Source of the DNA: Candidatus Palauibacter scopulicola
GTDB lineage: Bacteria; Gemmatimonadota; Gemmatimonadetes; Palauibacterales; Palauibacteraceae
Direction: 5' to 3'
Assembly: GCF_947581915.1 (NCBI RefSeq)
Contig: NZ_CANPWG010000054.1
Coordinates: 83,513-147,512, forward strand
DNA length: 64,000 nt
Shown here: positions 60,681 to 64,000 of the stretch, piece after piece
Numbering within the stretch: position 1 is the stretch's first letter
Layout: each line of letters opens with the position of its first letter
Translations under genes and position numbers: made by a program
The notes under the pieces: model-generated
The model's input: only the letters and a program-made list of their open reading frames with translations
What the model was told of the DNA's origin: nothing
Database searches by the model: none

Positions 60681-60886
60681 TGGACTACCGCGTCGCCGAC
60701 CGGCTCACAGTCGGAACCCGGATACGCTACGCGACGGCGTTCGGTCCGTTCGAAAGCAAGCCACGCGAGTGGGACCAGTTGCGTAGCCACGACTCCACCG
60801 TGGGCCGCGGCTCCCGCATCGAGTACACCGTGGGCCGCGCGACACGAGCGCCGTCACGGTCACCCTCAACCTGAGATACGATCTCG
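60681..60886 (+). pseudogene. Remnant copy of the 3' end of the OMP gene 58410..59291
   Basis: About 200 nt with roughly 85-90% identity to 59083..59291. Encodes VDYRVADRLTVGTRIRYATAFGPFESKPREWDQLRSHDSTVGRGSRIEYTV, compared with VDYRVADRFTVGTRIRYAKALGPFESDPHEWDQLRSHDSTVGRGSRIVYTV in the intact gene. Has no upstream barrel. Confidence 0.7.
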
Positions 60887-60901
60887 AAATGACGGAGATC
60901 G

Positions 60902-61996
60902 CTATTTGGTCCAGATCGCTACGATGCCGCACTGAGAGTCGGATCCGCCGAACTCTCCCGGGAGCGAGGCGGCACTCCGGTATATTTCGACTCCCGCGAT
61001 TTCATGGGGTCTCACCAGGTCGTCGATTGTCTGTCCGTCCCGTCCACCGAGACCTCTCACCCGAGTGTTGTCGAGATAGAGGCTCAGCGGGCAACCATCG
61101 GGCGAGAACTCCGACGCCACTCGTGTGTTCAGCAGCATGCAGCTGCTTCGCCGAAGGCGGCAGTTACCGAGTCGAATCCCCGGTTCGTCAGCGATCATTG
61201 GGGAGATGAGCACAGGCCCACGTCGCTCGATGTCGGTCGCCGTGAAGAAAGTGCCCCCGCCAATCAGTTCGCCCCAGTACTTGCGCTCGTAGAATCCGCC
61301 GACCTCCAGCCGGCGCGGCCGCGTCGCGGTGGCCACGATGGGCTCCATCTCCACCGGATCCGGTACCATGCCGACCTCGACCTCCGTGGTGATGCCGCGC
61401 GATACCGACACCACATGAGAGAGAGGAGCATACCCAAGGTGCCGAACGGCGAGTTCGTGGACCCCGACCGGAACCCCGCTCAGTACGAAGCTCCCCCGCC
61501 GGTTGGTCTCCGTCGCGGCCGTACCGCCCACCACGGCGACTGTGGCCGCTACGACAGGCCTCTCCGTTCGCGCATCTCGCACGTAACCGATCAAGCGTCC
61601 CGTCGTCGCCGACGCTATGAGTAATCTGAGTTCGACTTCACTTGCTGTTTCGGGAACAATGCCGACCACCGCCTCTTGGCTGGAGGCATCCCCGAACTCG
61701 GCCCAGATTGTGGCCTGCCGCGCGTCGCGCGGCGCACAGAGCACAAGGTCTCCAGCGGGCCCAACCCCCTGACGAACGGGCCGCCTCGCGCGATCTGCGT
61801 CGCTCCATTGAACGATAACCGTGGCGTTCGGAATCGGAATTGCGCCGGAATCGTCTACAACCACGATCTGGAGCATGCCTCGCCCGTCGCACTCCGGCCC
61901 TTGACCCGCCAGCCCCGAAACGCTCGCCCCAAGCGCAAGGGTCGCGAAAGTCCCGCCGCCCAACCGCAGCCGCTCCATATGCCGTGCTCGACCCAC
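60902..61996 (-). CDS. Secreted CarboxypepD_reg-like plus TonB-plug-like domain protein (no barrel)
   Basis: Signal peptide. Carboxypeptidase-regulatory-like segment (GYVRDARTERPVVAATVAV..TNRRGSFVLSGVPVGVHELAV), then a plug-like region. 364 aa. Confidence 0.5.
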   Translation of the reverse strand: MGRARHMERLRLGGGTFATLALGASVSGLAGQGPECDGRGMLQIVVVDDSGAIPIPNATVIVQWSDADRARRPVRQGVGPAGDLVLCAPRDARQATIWAEFGDASSQEAVVGIVPETASEVELRLLIASATTGRLIGYVRDARTERPVVAATVAVVGGTAATETNRRGSFVLSGVPVGVHELAVRHLGYAPLSHVVSVSRGITTEVEVGMVPDPVEMEPIVATATRPRRLEVGGFYERKYWGELIGGGTFFTATDIERRGPVLISPMIADEPGIRLGNCRLRRSSCMLLNTRVASEFSPDGCPLSLYLDNTRVRGLGGRDGQTIDDLVRPHEIAGVEIYRSAASLPGEFGGSDSQCGIVAIWTK

Positions 61997-62106
61997 GTAA
62001 CCGATGGTTCTTCCTCGCCCTGTCCGCGTTGCATCCGCCCGAAACTGATGCCTCCACCCTTGTTGATGGCGCCAATCGAAAAAACGTCACACGCGGGTTG
62101 GTCCGC

Positions 62107-63207
62107 CTACTGCAGGTCGGTCACGCTGGAGATGTCGTACCAGTCGACGCGACGTTCGGGGATGACGCCACCGGCGTCCCGTACGACGAGGACAGCGAGC
62201 GTGTCCCCGAGGACGTCCATCCCCACGACCTTGTCCGCCACCTGCAGCGTCAGCGCGTACTCGGGGCCGCGATCTGTGAGGCAAAACATGTCGATTTGGC
62301 TGAAAGCGACCATGTCGGCCCAGGCATTCCAGTGCGACACCGCCCAGAACCGCCGCCGGTCATCCATGACCCGGGCTCCATACCACACCTTCGGTCTCGC
62401 CCGGAGCTCCTCCTCGTTGACGACCGGTCTCCACGCCGCTGACCGGAGCAACCGTACTTCAGAAGCCACTTCCTCGTCCGTCGGGTATCGCTCGACATAC
62501 GTGGGGGACTGCACGATCGCGGCTGGCTCCTCCGCGTCCCGGTCGGCGTACCAGACCAGGAACTCGCCGTGGCAGGTGACGAACATGAGGTCACCACTTC
62601 CATCCCCGTAGCCGAGCAGCAGCCGGGTGGTCCTCCACAAGGGTGTCGAGCAACTCGCCACATCCGCCTCGTGCGGGAACGCTCGTTCCCACTCGACGCG
62701 ACCCGTCTCGACATCGATCTCCGCCTGCACGGTCGACCGGTCGCCGCTTGGGTCGCTCCTTCTGTACGAACCAGACACCGCCCCGTCCATCACTTGGTGG
62801 CGTCCGAACAGAAGCGGGCCCGGAAGCTCCCCCGTGGAAGTGCGGAACTCCCCCGATGCGGAGAACATCGACAGGCGGTTCAGTTGGCCATCGACAACGC
62901 CGATCGTACCCAACGGACCGCGAAGTATGAAGGTGGGGAATCTGAACTCGCCCGGCCCCTCACCTTCGGTGCCGAAATCGACGGATTCGCCGCCGGGATC
63001 CATACAGTTCACGCGCTGCTCGTACGAATCGATGACGCAGGCCGCGCCGCCAGCCAGGAGAGTGAGTTGACTGCGTCTGCTAAGTGGTGACGGCGCGGAC
63101 GCGAACGGATCGAGCTTGATGGGCTGAAATGCGACATCGGCCGGCCCGCCACACGCCGCGGCGAGCAGCGTCGTGACGAGCACGGCCTGACGACGAGAAC
63201 CGGACAC
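62107..63207 (-). CDS. Hypothetical lipoprotein
   Basis: GTG start. Lipobox LLAAACGG. 366 aa. Confidence 0.45.
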   Translation of the reverse strand: MSGSRRQAVLVTTLLAAACGGPADVAFQPIKLDPFASAPSPLSRRSQLTLLAGGAACVIDSYEQRVNCMDPGGESVDFGTEGEGPGEFRFPTFILRGPLGTIGVVDGQLNRLSMFSASGEFRTSTGELPGPLLFGRHQVMDGAVSGSYRRSDPSGDRSTVQAEIDVETGRVEWERAFPHEADVASCSTPLWRTTRLLLGYGDGSGDLMFVTCHGEFLVWYADRDAEEPAAIVQSPTYVERYPTDEEVASEVRLLRSAAWRPVVNEEELRARPKVWYGARVMDDRRRFWAVSHWNAWADMVAFSQIDMFCLTDRGPEYALTLQVADKVVGMDVLGDTLAVLVVRDAGGVIPERRVDWYDISSVTDLQ

Positions 63208-63467
63208 TAATACGGCCCCTCGCAGAAGTGCATGCAGGCATTGAGGACGTTCATCGCCGTCTCCTCAGCGTCTGCAGGGTTAGCACCATTGTCAATGTTG
63301 TCGTTGTAGGCTTCGGAAGCCGCTAGGGAGCATGCGTTCCAACAGGAGTTCATGTTGATCGTGACGACCACCTCCTGAGCGGCCGCCGGTACCGCAGCAA
63401 ACATAACCATGAGCAGTGCGATTCGGTGGAGCCGCACTCGGGTGGCGAGGAAGTTGAAGCGTGACAT
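63207..63467 (-). CDS. Small secreted peptide with two CxxxC pairs
   Basis: ATG at 63467 preceded by GGAGG (5-nt spacer). Signal peptide ...AAVPAAAQE. Mature region of about 56 aa contains CWNAC and CMHFC. The stop overlaps the GTG start of the downstream lipoprotein. Confidence 0.45.
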   Translation of the reverse strand: MSRFNFLATRVRLHRIALLMVMFAAVPAAAQEVVVTINMNSCWNACSLAASEAYNDNIDNGANPADAEETAMNVLNACMHFCEGPY

Positions 63468-63644
63468 TGGCACCTCCGTTCTTTCGGCACGCTCCCGTGG
63501 AGACTGGATTCCCCGAAGAGAGCGTTCCGCGTGACTAGGTCTTGCCTACTCCGCAGGGAGGACTGGACCCATGGGGAGAGGCGACTGAATTGGACCGTCG
63601 CAGCAACAGTTTCGGCGAGACGAAGGCGACACAAGTCTCCAGAT

Positions 63645-63685
63645 GGATGACATCTGATCGGACGTCATCGGATCAGATGTCATCC
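63645..63685. repeat. 41-bp palindrome (15-bp perfect inverted repeat arms, 11-bp spacer)
   Basis: GGATGACATCTGATC-GGACGTCATCG-GATCAGATGTCATCC, covering the stop codon of the LuxR-type ORF. Confidence 0.8.
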
Positions 63686-63960
63686 GCTACGAGCCCGAAG
63701 TCACTTGCTTCATTGGCTCTTAGGAACTCTAGAAAAACCAGGATCAGGAGCTCGCCGCGACTCCGTACGCCCAGTTTGCGGTAAAGGCGTTTCAGGTAGG
63801 TGCGCACGGTGGACGGCGCTAAACCGAGATCGCGGGCGATCGTGGCCGTGCCAAGATCGTCGAAGACCCGCTGCGTGATCTCCGCCTCACGCGACGAGAG
63901 TCCAAGTCGGTCGATAAGGACGCGCCATTCCTGGTCTCGGAATACCCTAGCCCGGATTTC
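63673..63960 (-). pseudogene. LuxR/GerE-type HTH domain ORF lacking a canonical start (remnant or non-canonical start)
   Basis: Encodes LSSREAEITQRVFDDLGTATIARDLGLAPSTVRTYLKRLYRKLGV. The frame is closed by an in-frame TGA at 63961-63963. There is no ATG/GTG/TTG before the HTH. Confidence 0.45.
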
Positions 63961-64000
63961 TCACAAGATGAAGTAGGCACCGGCCTCCAGTAGTCGCTAA

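Noticed and set aside
63542-63784. 80-aa plus-strand ORF across the palindrome
   Set aside because: It has no SD and an unremarkable sequence, and it overlaps the LuxR-type HTH ORF on the other strand.

Overview
This is a 64 kb window of about 70% GC bacterial chromosome. The gene content suggests a Gemmatimonadota-like or similar organism: CarboxypepD_reg-type TonB receptors, DUF2911, DUF885, DUF1761, and many exported lipoproteins. Coding density is very high, and neighbouring genes frequently overlap by 4 nt (ATGA/GTGA). The content is mostly housekeeping and envelope functions. Plus-strand genes include purQ-purL-purF with a 5'-nucleotidase, a periplasmic adaptor with two FtsX permeases and a TonB-dependent receptor, and mazG. 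Later plus-strand genes are DUF2911, two small lipoproteins, two MBL/ODP paralogues, NmrA, an NfeD-flotillin pair and an OMP. Minus-strand genes include fbp and comEC. A tightly coupled operon follows: alr-cdd-lipoprotein-OMP-miaB-lapA-like. A second long minus array carries DUF4440, a CGS-family PLP enzyme, a Ser/Thr dehydratase, a membrane protein, a VapB-like antitoxin with a PIN-fusion toxin, DUF885, a metallophosphoesterase, a secreted protein, a MOSC protein, an alpha/beta hydrolase and a GGCT-like protein. Further minus genes are an amine oxidase, an S9 peptidase, cspA, GNAT, TlpA, an M24 peptidase, a tctCBA-prpD-like-CocE/NonD-DUF1761 cluster, and DsbA with a small Cys-rich peptide. 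I found no rRNA, tRNA, CRISPR array, transposase or integrase. Very long antisense ORFs in the six-frame track are GC-driven artefacts. The points most worth a second look are: (i) an RHH antitoxin paired with a 276-aa PIN toxin carrying an extra C-terminal domain; (ii) two small signal-peptide Cys-rich peptides, one directly upstream of a DsbA; (iii) two exported enzymes whose only possible start is a CTG overlapping the upstream TGA (CTGA); (iv) two paralogous stand-alone AAA+/DUF4143 ATPases; (v) a duplicated 3' end of an OMP gene flanking a lipoprotein gene with an in-frame TAG after a perfect SD-ATG; and (vi) a 41-bp perfect palindrome at the end of a start-less LuxR-type HTH remnant.
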